64,000 bases of DNA from Chthoniobacteraceae bacterium (GTDB taxonomy: Bacteria > Verrucomicrobiota > Verrucomicrobiia > Chthoniobacterales > Chthoniobacteraceae). The notes below the pieces were generated by a model. The model was not told the DNA's origin. It was given only the letters and a program-made list of their open reading frames with translations, and made no database searches. The stretch spans positions 10,449 to 74,448 of the forward strand of contig JBEBGD010000015.1 in assembly GCA_040081625.1 (NCBI GenBank). Direction: 5' to 3'. A program made the translations under genes and the position numbers. This document shows positions 56,270 through 64,000 of this stretch, piece by piece; within the stretch, counting starts at the first letter, position 1; each line of letters opens with the position of its first letter.

Positions 56270-57067
56270 CTACAGCTTCGCGAGGTCGATCCAACCGCGG
56301 CGGCGATACTCCAGCCAGCCGATCTGCTCGTGCAGCCAGTTCGCCATTTTGCCGAGGCCGCTGTGCCGCGGAACGGTGATCGCGATCCCGCGAGTCGGCG
56401 CATTGCTCAGCTCGGTGATGAAGTTGCACGGTGCGGGGATCACGTTCAGGCCGGCTGTGCGGAAGGTGGCGCTCGCGCGACGCATGTGGCCGGCGGAGGT
56501 GACGAGCAGCACCTGTTTCCATCCGCGTTCCCGCGCGATCTTCAAAGTGAACATCGCCTCGTCGCGCGTGTCCGCGCAGCCGGGCAGCGCGATGACTTCG
56601 CCGGGCGCGAGCTTCCGCTCGACGACCCAGTCGCGGACGGTCTCGGACTCGAGGATCGGCCCCTCGGGAAACTGCGCGACCGAGCCGCCGAAGACGAGCA
56701 CGGGCGCCTTGCCGAGGCGCGCGAGCTCGAGGCCCATGATGATCCGGTCGCCGGCTGGATTGAGGTGCATGTCCGCGGCTTCAAACCGCGCGGGCTGCGC
56801 GCCGCCGCCGAGGACGACGATCGCGTCGGCCTGCGGCTGTGCCTCGATGCTCACGCCCGCGTAAGGTCGCTCGAGTCCGCGCATGAGAGCGCCGGGCAGG
56901 TCGGTGCTGCCGAAGGCGAAGAGAGTCAGCATCGGCACGGAGACCGCGATGGCGGCGCGGTAGCGGCGGCGCCACGCGAAGGCGATGGTGAGCGCGACGA
57001 GCATCGCCCACGTCATGCCGGTGGGTTCGAGGAGCGCGATGACTTGGTCGATGAGGTAGCGGCGCAT
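56270..57067 (-). CDS. YdcF/ElyC (DUF218) family protein
   Basis: DAIVVLGGG, DTRDEA, LLVTSAGHMRRA and LHEQIG motifs. Confidence 0.88.
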   Translation of the reverse strand: MRRYLIDQVIALLEPTGMTWAMLVALTIAFAWRRRYRAAIAVSVPMLTLFAFGSTDLPGALMRGLERPYAGVSIEAQPQADAIVVLGGGAQPARFEAADMHLNPAGDRIIMGLELARLGKAPVLVFGGSVAQFPEGPILESETVRDWVVERKLAPGEVIALPGCADTRDEAMFTLKIARERGWKQVLLVTSAGHMRRASATFRTAGLNVIPAPCNFITELSNAPTRGIAITVPRHSGLGKMANWLHEQIGWLEYRRRGWIDLAKL

Positions 57068-57073
57068 GGATGA

Positions 57074-58342
57074 TTAAAGCAGGATGCCGACGACGGTGGC
57101 CGTCATGTAGCAGGCGAGCAGGCCGCCGATCATCGCGCGAAAACCGAGCGCGGCCAGTTCGCTGCGGCGCTCCGGGGCGAGCGCGCCGATGCCGCCGATC
57201 TGGATGGCGATCGACGAGAAGTTCGCGAAGCCGCACAGCGCGTAGGTGCCGAGCGTGAACGAACGATCCGAGATCGCGCCCGCCTTTTGCAGGTCGCTGA
57301 GCGAGAGGTAGCCGAGGAATTCATTGAGCACGACACGCTTGCCGAGCACTTCGCCGAGCTTCAAGCAATCCTGGGCGGGCGCGCCCATGAGCCATGCAAA
57401 GGGCGCGTTCAGGTAGCCAAAGATCGTCTCGAGGCTCACCGCATCCTTGATTCCGACCAGATGCTGGATGGAGGCGAGCAGGCCATTGGCGAGCGCGACG
57501 ATGGCGACGAAGGCGATGAGCATGGCCATGACGTTGATCGCCAATTTCATCCCATCGCCCGCTCCGAGGCAGAGCGCATCGACGCCGTTGCTCGAAAGCC
57601 GTTCGAGCTTCGCGTTCGCGCCGCCGGCGGTCTCGCTCGGCTCGGTCTCGGGCAGGATGATCTTCGCGATGAGCAGCGCCGCGGGCGCGCTCATGACGCT
57701 CGCGGTGAGGAGGTGACCGGCCATGTCCGCGCGACCCGCGGCATTTCCAAACTGCACGTAGGCCGCGAGCACGCCGCCGGCGATGGTGGCCATGCCGCCG
57801 GTCATCAGCGCCATCAATTCGCTGCGCGTCATGCGGGCCAGGTAGGGCTTGATGACAAGCGGCGCCTCGGTCTGGCCCATGAAGATATTTGCCGCCGACG
57901 CGAGACTCTCGCTGCCGCTCGTGCGCATCACGCGCTGCATGATCCACGCGATCACTTTCACGACGCGCTGCAGGATGCCGTAGTGGTAGAGGAAGGAGGA
58001 AAGCGCGGAGACGAGGATGATCGTGCCGGTGACAGTGACGACGAAGATGAAGGCGTTGCCCGCGCCGAATTTTTCCAGGAGCAGGTCGCCGTCGCCGAGC
58101 GGGCCGAAGACGAAGCGTGTGCCTTCGTCCGCGTAGCTGAGCAACTGCGCGACGGCGGAGTTTGCGAAGTTGAAGAACGCGTGGCCGGGCGATGTCTTGA
58201 GGATGAGCAGCGCGAGCGTGAACTGGAGGAGCACGCCGCTGATGACGGTGCGCAGCGGAAACTTGCGGCGGTTGAGTGAGAGCAGCCACGCGAACGCGAT
58301 GAACGCGGCGAGGCCGAGGAGGGAGATGGAGCGTTCGAGCAC
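57074..58342 (-). CDS. Concentrative nucleoside transporter (NupC/CNT)
   Basis: ANIFMGQTEAPL, GMATIAGGV, SVMSAPAA, NEFLGY and YALCGFANFSSIAIQIGG motifs. Confidence 0.93.
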   Translation of the reverse strand: MLERSISLLGLAAFIAFAWLLSLNRRKFPLRTVISGVLLQFTLALLILKTSPGHAFFNFANSAVAQLLSYADEGTRFVFGPLGDGDLLLEKFGAGNAFIFVVTVTGTIILVSALSSFLYHYGILQRVVKVIAWIMQRVMRTSGSESLASAANIFMGQTEAPLVIKPYLARMTRSELMALMTGGMATIAGGVLAAYVQFGNAAGRADMAGHLLTASVMSAPAALLIAKIILPETEPSETAGGANAKLERLSSNGVDALCLGAGDGMKLAINVMAMLIAFVAIVALANGLLASIQHLVGIKDAVSLETIFGYLNAPFAWLMGAPAQDCLKLGEVLGKRVVLNEFLGYLSLSDLQKAGAISDRSFTLGTYALCGFANFSSIAIQIGGIGALAPERRSELAALGFRAMIGGLLACYMTATVVGILL

Positions 58343-58387
58343 GGGCGAACTGGCTACGCGCTCCGCGCGGCTTTGGCCAGCGCGCAG

Positions 58388-59824
58388 CTACTGCGCTGCG
58401 CGGAATGTGTAGAGATCCGCGTCGCGGAGCTGGAACTCGAACCGCAGCACGGTCCCTCGCAGCGAGTCGAGCGAGGCGCCGCGCCATTTCACCGCGTGGG
58501 CGGTCGAGTCGGCGGCGAAGGTCTCGCAATCGGCGTAGTCGAATCCCGGAACAATTTTCCGCCGCTCGTCGGAGACTCGCACTTTCAGCTCGCCTTTGCT
58601 CGCGTCGGCATTCACGACGAGATCGCCGCCCGGCCACGTGAGCGTGCGCGTGGCGACGACTCCGCCGCCGCGCGGACCGTGCAGCGAGACGAAGCCTTCC
58701 TTGCGCAGCGTCGCGAGGCCGATGCTGCCTTTGCGCTCGCGCGTCTCGTGCGGGCCGTCCCAGCCGGCGTAATACATCCACCAATCGTCGCCGACTTCGA
58801 TCCAGTCGGCGCTGCCGAAGACCATGCCGTCGTCCCACGCGCCGGCAGGGCCGAGGTCGATGAGACGCGGCCGCGCGGGCAGGCGCGCGAACGAGGCACC
58901 GTCGCGGCTCCACGCGAGTTCGGTCCAGATGTCGGTGTTCAATTTGAACGACCAGACGAAGCCGAAAGTGATGCCGGCGTGGACGCGCGCGGTCATGCCG
59001 TAGAAGCGGTTGAAACCACGCTCGAGATCGAGTTCGTCGGGGATGAGGATCGATTGCGGCGAGCCTTCCCATTTGGACCACAGGTCCCTGCCCGCGATGC
59101 GGGAGATGCGGCGCGATTCGCCCGTGTCGAGCATACCTTCCTGGCCGGCGAGGTAGCGGTCCTTTGCGCGGCAGAACATCGCGTATTCGCCACGCGCGGG
59201 GTCGAAGACGATGCTGTTGACCGTGTCGCTGGAAAGTTCGAGCACCTGGCTGTCGCTGGCCTTGTCCCAATGGATGCCGTCGTGTGAGCCGACGACGTGG
59301 ATGCCGTTCTCGCCGCGTTTTCCGCCCGAGGTGTGATAAGCCATCACGTATCGGAAGCCGCGGCGCGCGGACTCGGGAAGATCGAGGATTTGCTGGCCGC
59401 TCGCGCGGGAATCGGCGTGGCCCCGCCAGACGACGTTGTTGTCCTTGCTGCCCTGCCATTCGGTGACGCCCAGCTTTGGCCGCGTCCACGTGAGGCCGTC
59501 CTTCGACTCGGCGTAGGCGATGCCGTAGGCGTTCTTGTCCTCGTCGGTGCTGCGCGTGTTGGTTTGATACCAGAGCTTGAACGTGCCGCCGTCGCGCACG
59601 GCGGACGCGTAGCCGCAACCGCCGACGATGAGCGGATTGCGCTCGTGCTTTTTCGGCGCGTGGAAAACGCGGACGACTTCTTCGCGCTTCGGCTTCAGCG
59701 CCCAGCGGTTATCGACGATGTGGTCGTCGATGAAGAATTGCGGCGTGCGTCCGATCTCGACGGGCTCTTTCGGCGGCGCGGCGAAGGCGGCGAACCCGAC
59801 GAGAAATGGCAGCGCCCGGCGCAT
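58388..59824 (-). CDS. Secreted five-bladed beta-propeller glycoside-hydrolase-like protein
   Basis: Repeated YAESKDGLTW / SHDGIHW / WSRDG Asp-box-like motifs, WDDG, GLATLRKEGF; C-terminal beta domain. Confidence 0.7.
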   Translation of the reverse strand: MRRALPFLVGFAAFAAPPKEPVEIGRTPQFFIDDHIVDNRWALKPKREEVVRVFHAPKKHERNPLIVGGCGYASAVRDGGTFKLWYQTNTRSTDEDKNAYGIAYAESKDGLTWTRPKLGVTEWQGSKDNNVVWRGHADSRASGQQILDLPESARRGFRYVMAYHTSGGKRGENGIHVVGSHDGIHWDKASDSQVLELSSDTVNSIVFDPARGEYAMFCRAKDRYLAGQEGMLDTGESRRISRIAGRDLWSKWEGSPQSILIPDELDLERGFNRFYGMTARVHAGITFGFVWSFKLNTDIWTELAWSRDGASFARLPARPRLIDLGPAGAWDDGMVFGSADWIEVGDDWWMYYAGWDGPHETRERKGSIGLATLRKEGFVSLHGPRGGGVVATRTLTWPGGDLVVNADASKGELKVRVSDERRKIVPGFDYADCETFAADSTAHAVKWRGASLDSLRGTVLRFEFQLRDADLYTFRAAQ

Positions 59825-59829
59825 GGCCG

Positions 59830-61137
59830 CTACTTCCCGACGCAGTAGATCGCCGTGGCCGTGCGGACGAAGAGCTGGCCGTCGCTGATCGCGATCGCCG
59901 AGCGCGCGGGATCTGAGTTCGGGAATTGGTAGGTCGAGAGCACCTTGAACTCGGACGGGCCGGCGTCGCAGATCACGAGCGTGCCTTTTTCGCTGATCGT
60001 ATAGACCTTCCCGTCGGCGACGGTGGGTGAGCTGCGGATGACCTCGCGATGGCCGAGAGGGCCCTGCCAGAGTTTCGCGCCGTTCTTCGCCGAGAGGCAG
60101 GTGAGAATCTGCTTGTCGCCGTTGAGGAGGTAGAAGCGGCCGTCGTGATACGCGGGCGTGCAAACATCGGGCGTCTGCTTTTCATCGAAGGTCCACGCGA
60201 TGCCGCTTGTGGTGATGTCGCCGGTCATGTCGGTGCGGAAGGCGATGGCGAGCTCCTGTTTCGGGCCGCAGATGAGCGCGACGCGTCCGTCGGTGACAGC
60301 GCTCGGCACGAGGCGCTTGAAGCCGCCTTTGTCGCGGTTGATGCCGTAGCCGCGCCAGAGTTCCTTGCCGGTCGCGGCGTCGAAGGATGCCAGGCAATCG
60401 CCGCCCGTGAGGAGGAGCTGCGTCTTGCCGCCGGCCTCGAGCGGGATCGGCGTGGCGTAGGTCTCCATGCTCTCGAGAGTCGCGGTGCTCTTGAAGATCT
60501 GTTTCCAGACCGTCTTCCCGTTCGCGGGGTCGATCGCGAGCAGGTAGCTCTCGCGGTCGCCGCCATGGCCGGCGAGGCCGGGATAATCCTCGGGCGCCGG
60601 GCTGCGCTGGAGCACGGGGACGTAGAGCTTGCCGCCGTGCAGGAGCGGCGAGCTGCCGTAGATCCAGTTGATGGAAAACTTGCCGTAGTCGGCGCCGAGA
60701 TTACGCGCCCAGAGTTGGTTGCCCTGCATGTCGAACGCCGCGAAATCGCCCGTGCCGAAGAGCGCATACACGGCCTTGCCGTCGGTGATCGGCGACGGGC
60801 TGGCCATGTTGCCCTTGCCCTTCGAGATGTCGCCGCCGGTCGCGACGGTTTTCTTCCAGCGCACCTTGCCGTCTTTGCGCTCGAGGCAGAGAAGGTGGAG
60901 GTCTTTATTTTCATCGGGCGTGGTGACGAAGATCGCGTCGCCCCAGACCGCCGGCGTCGCGCCGCTGAAGCCGGTCAGCGGTGTCTGCCACTTGATGTCC
61001 TTGTCGGTGATCGCCGCGGGCAGATTCTTTTCCGGCGAGGTGCCGTTGAATGCCGGGCCGCGCCATTGCCCCCAGTTTTCAGCGCGCAGCGCGGTGGTGA
61101 GGATGAAGGCGACGAGGAGCCGGAGGGTGGTGTGCAT
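59830..61137 (-). CDS. PQQ-binding-like (BamB-like) beta-propeller protein
   Basis: Signal, ENWGQWRGP, ASPSPITDG, SSPLL and SSPTVADG motifs. Confidence 0.85.
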   Translation of the reverse strand: MHTTLRLLVAFILTTALRAENWGQWRGPAFNGTSPEKNLPAAITDKDIKWQTPLTGFSGATPAVWGDAIFVTTPDENKDLHLLCLERKDGKVRWKKTVATGGDISKGKGNMASPSPITDGKAVYALFGTGDFAAFDMQGNQLWARNLGADYGKFSINWIYGSSPLLHGGKLYVPVLQRSPAPEDYPGLAGHGGDRESYLLAIDPANGKTVWKQIFKSTATLESMETYATPIPLEAGGKTQLLLTGGDCLASFDAATGKELWRGYGINRDKGGFKRLVPSAVTDGRVALICGPKQELAIAFRTDMTGDITTSGIAWTFDEKQTPDVCTPAYHDGRFYLLNGDKQILTCLSAKNGAKLWQGPLGHREVIRSSPTVADGKVYTISEKGTLVICDAGPSEFKVLSTYQFPNSDPARSAIAISDGQLFVRTATAIYCVGK

Positions 61138-61177
61138 GGTGTGGAGTGTGTTCGGAAATCCCGGGGGCGGCGAAGGC

Positions 61178-62380
61178 TTAGGGCGACTTGAGTTCGTAGC
61201 ACGCGAGGTCGCCCACGTTGTTCTTCACGAAAAGTTTTCCGTCGTTCAGCGTCGGCTGCACCCAGCACCGCTTGTCGAGCACTTGCGCGCGCAGCAGCGG
61301 CTTAAAGCCGGAGCTGATCGCCTCGGCGACGACGAGTTCGCCCTTCTCGGTGACCACCACGAGCTTGTCCTCCGCGAGGATGAGCGAGCCGCCCTTCACG
61401 CTCCTTTCCTCCCACAGCCTCTTGCCGCTGGCGAGGTCGAGGCACACGAGGTTGCCGCCACCGGTGTTGCCATCGATGCCGAAGATCGCGTTCCGGCGCA
61501 CGACGGGTGAGTTGACGTGCGAGCGCAGGGTGCGCTGTCGCCATTTCTGGACGAGGCCACCCGGGCCGGCCTCGAACAATCCAATGCCGCTGCCGTAGCC
61601 GCTCGAGACTATGATCGAGTTACCCACGACCTGCGGCGAGGCGGCGTGAATGTCGTAGTCGGTATTCCACGGCGCGCGCCACAGCTCCTGCCCGTTCTTC
61701 GCGTCGAGCCCCGCGAGCGCCTTGGCCTTGAAGACGACGATGGTGCGCCGGTTCGCGATGTCCGCGACGATCGGCGTCGCGTAGCCGATGTCGTCGCCTC
61801 CGCCCTTCCACGCGAGCGCGCCGGTTGCCTTGTTGAGCGCGATGGTCGAGCCATTGCGGCCGCCGGGTTCGACGATGACGAGGTCGCCTTCGATCGTCGG
61901 CGAACCGGAGTAACCCCAGTTCGGCCGGTGCCCGCGGAAGTCCTCCACGAGATGCTTGCGCCACACCACTTTTCCGCTCGCTGCATCGAGGCAAAAAAGA
62001 TCGCCGGCCTGGCCGAGCGTATACACGCGCCCGCCGTCGATCGTCGGCGTCGCGCGCGGCCCGCCCTCGAACATATTCGGATCGAGCGGCTGCGGGTAGG
62101 CGTGCCGCCAGACGACCTTGCCGGTCGCCGCGTCGAGACAGACCACGGCATCGTTTCGCTTGTCCGCATTTCCCGCCGTGAATGCGCGGCCGCCCGCGAC
62201 GGTGACGCTGCACGTGCCGGCGCCGACGTTCATTTTCCAAAGCTGCCGCGGCGGCGCGAACGCGAGCGGGAGCTTCTCGGCCACGACGCCGTTCTGCGTC
62301 GGGCCGCGATAGTGGAGCCAGTCGGCCGACGCCGGCAGCGCCGCGAGGAGCGCGGTCGCGAGGACCAGGCGTCGCCTCAC
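61178..62380 (-). CDS. PQQ-binding-like (BamB-like) beta-propeller protein
   Basis: GTG start overlapping upstream stop; ADWLHYRGP, GPRATPTIDG and WGYSGSP motifs. Confidence 0.85.
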   Translation of the reverse strand: MRRRLVLATALLAALPASADWLHYRGPTQNGVVAEKLPLAFAPPRQLWKMNVGAGTCSVTVAGGRAFTAGNADKRNDAVVCLDAATGKVVWRHAYPQPLDPNMFEGGPRATPTIDGGRVYTLGQAGDLFCLDAASGKVVWRKHLVEDFRGHRPNWGYSGSPTIEGDLVIVEPGGRNGSTIALNKATGALAWKGGGDDIGYATPIVADIANRRTIVVFKAKALAGLDAKNGQELWRAPWNTDYDIHAASPQVVGNSIIVSSGYGSGIGLFEAGPGGLVQKWRQRTLRSHVNSPVVRRNAIFGIDGNTGGGNLVCLDLASGKRLWEERSVKGGSLILAEDKLVVVTEKGELVVAEAISSGFKPLLRAQVLDKRCWVQPTLNDGKLFVKNNVGDLACYELKSP

Positions 62381-62856
62381 TTGATCAGGCGCAAGGCGAC
62401 CGGGTAGCGATACGCGTGGCCGTCGTTGGCCTTGATTCCGCCGACAATGGCGAGCACGAGCGAACCGAGGCCGACCACGGGCAACAAGAACATCGTCAAG
62501 CAACCCACGAACGGGATGACGCTCAAGATCATCAAGCCGACGATGCAGATCGCGACGGTGATCTGGAAGTTGAGCGCTTCCTTCGCCTGGTCTTCGACAA
62601 AGCCACCTTGCTCCTTCTTGACGAGCCACACGATCAGCGGCGCGACGATGCACGTCACCCCGCCGCCGATGTGCGCGATCAGCGCCATGGTGCGGTCGTC
62701 GCTGCTGGTGGTGGGCGGTCCGCCGGCCGCCGGCGGGGCGGGTGAGTCGGGTGGCGGCACGGGTGGCGGCACGCCCGGAGGTGGTGGCGGCACGGGTGGC
62801 ATGGATGGCGGGACCGGGTCTGGTCCGCCGGGAACCGAAGGATCGGGCGGTTGCAT
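62377..62856 (-). CDS. DUF4870 membrane protein with Pro-rich N-terminus
   Basis: DDRTMALIAH, PLIVWL, QAKEALNFQIT and KANDG..YRYP motifs. Confidence 0.9.
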   Translation of the reverse strand: MQPPDPSVPGGPDPVPPSMPPVPPPPPGVPPPVPPPDSPAPPAAGGPPTTSSDDRTMALIAHIGGGVTCIVAPLIVWLVKKEQGGFVEDQAKEALNFQITVAICIVGLMILSVIPFVGCLTMFLLPVVGLGSLVLAIVGGIKANDGHAYRYPVALRLIK

Positions 62857-62962
62857 ACGAGGCGACCTTTTGACCAAGCCCGGCTTGCATGGCAACAGGG
62901 AACTCGTTGGATTTCCCGCTCACATCGCCTCGGCGGCGGGATTGTCCCGCCAGACTCAACAC

Positions 62963-64000
62963 ATGGACATCCTTATATTGCGCGACGGCCAGCAGATCGG
63001 TCCCTTCACGGACGAGCGAGTCCGCGCGCTCCTGCGCGACGGCGCTGCGCAGCCCAGCGACATGGCGTGGCGCACCGGCATGACCGAATGGCAGCCGCTG
63101 CGCGAACTGCTCGGCGCCGATACCGCGCCGCCGGTCCTCGCGCCGGTCGCGGCCGATGAACCCGCCACACTTCGGCAGAAGGCCTTCCTCGCCTACCTGC
63201 ACGTCCCGATTCCCGGCGAGCTCTCGAAAACCCAGGCCGCGATCATGCTCCACGACGCGATGGAGAGTCCGCAGCACGCCATGAAGATCAAGTCTTGGGA
63301 CCGCGAGCGGCTGCGGCTTCACCCGGACATTTTCGCAGAGGAGATCAAGGCGCGGAAAGAAAACCGCGCGCAGCACTTCCTGGAAATCTGTCACGGCGAG
63401 GGCCGTGAATATTTCCACGACGTCGGCAAGGCCCACGCGCAGGTGCTCGTGAGCTACCTCGACGTGCATCATCCGAACTGGGACGAGCGCACCAACGCTG
63501 AGCGTTATTTCTTCGCCGCGATCGCGGAGAAGTTCCCGCAACTCGTGAGAAGCTCGGCGCGCGGGCAGATCAAGTATCCCGATGGGCTGAAAGTCGCGGA
63601 CGAAATGGAGCGCAGCGGCGTCGCCGTGCGCCCGCGGGCGAAGCGGTCGCCGGTCGTCGCTGCGCTGCGCGGCGTCGGATTCGGCGCGCTCGTGCTTGCG
63701 GCGCTCTACGGTGTCGCGGCGTTTTACGAACGCCACGGTGTGGATTGGTTGCAGACCGCGGCGGAGCAATCCGAGGCGGCCGATGTGCCGCTGCCCGCGG
63801 CCACGCCCGAGCCAAAAGTCGTCGAGGCAAGCCCGGCTACACCCGCGCCGGTCGAAGCCGTCGCGCAAGTCGCGCCGGCGACTCCGGCGCCCACGCCCGA
63901 GCCGGCCCCCGCTCCGCTGCCCGAAGCCGCGCCAACCGCGCCGATGACGACTGCCGTGACCCCGACGCCCCCTCCCTTGCTCCTGCCCGGCCTGCTCGAC
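62963..64000 (+). CDS. GYF_2 (DUF4339) domain membrane protein, runs off the window end (absent from ORF track)
   Basis: MDILILRDGQQIGPF...AWRTGMTEWQPL, then ATLRQKAFL, a TM helix and a Pro/Ala-rich stalk; no stop before 64000. Confidence 0.8.
   Translation, partial: MDILILRDGQQIGPFTDERVRALLRDGAAQPSDMAWRTGMTEWQPLRELLGADTAPPVLAPVAADEPATLRQKAFLAYLHVPIPGELSKTQAAIMLHDAMESPQHAMKIKSWDRERLRLHPDIFAEEIKARKENRAQHFLEICHGEGREYFHDVGKAHAQVLVSYLDVHHPNWDERTNAERYFFAAIAEKFPQLVRSSARGQIKYPDGLKVADEMERSGVAVRPRAKRSPVVAALRGVGFGALVLAALYGVAAFYERHGVDWLQTAAEQSEAADVPLPAATPEPKVVEASPATPAPVEAVAQVAPATPAPTPEPAPAPLPEAAPTAPMTTAVTPTPPPLLLPGLLD

Noticed and set aside
62700..62850. Pro-rich repeats (GGTGGCGGCACG twice) in the DUF4870 N-terminus, and similar stalks at 3600-3720 and 63780-64000
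   Set aside because: Ordinary low-complexity linkers with no complementary arm.
1..64000. tRNA, rRNA, riboswitch, prophage, integrase or defence island
   Set aside because: No supporting sequence recognised by eye; intergenic gaps are short. An Infernal/tRNAscan run would be needed to exclude small RNAs.

Overview
High-GC bacterial chromosomal segment. Gene content (PVC-type heme-binding CxxCH protein, PSCyt/PSD1 protein, many PQQ-like propellers, GYF_2 protein, split Pta) points to Verrucomicrobiota, probably Chthoniobacterales-like; this is an inference. About 60 CDS are present, mostly housekeeping: lpxD, deoC, rluE, hrpB, ltaE, an ECF sigma cluster, xth, nadA, rpoN, GTP-PEPCK, leuC/leuD, folP, PHP histidinol phosphatase, pta, plsY, ilvB, polX and transporters. 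I saw no rRNA, tRNA, CRISPR, integrase, transposase or reverse transcriptase. The most unusual signal is a set of small inverted-repeat elements whose arms are short-period tandem repeats (6, 7 or 9 nt). One copy (44046-44527) carries an AT-richer four-helix-bundle gene (23S-IVP/Avd-like) between 38-nt arms, inserted between two Pta-related genes. Three empty copies are intergenic, and one related copy is translated in frame inside a large protein. Other notable items: GGAG/GTAG REP-like doublets (one in frame inside a CDS), a ~370-nt intragenic patch with near-random codon usage, an ETR1-like ethylene-binding histidine kinase, an HtrA lacking its whole catalytic triad, a pseudo-rhomboid, and plant-type LeuC/LeuD/AHAS. 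All family calls come from motif recognition by eye, not database searches.
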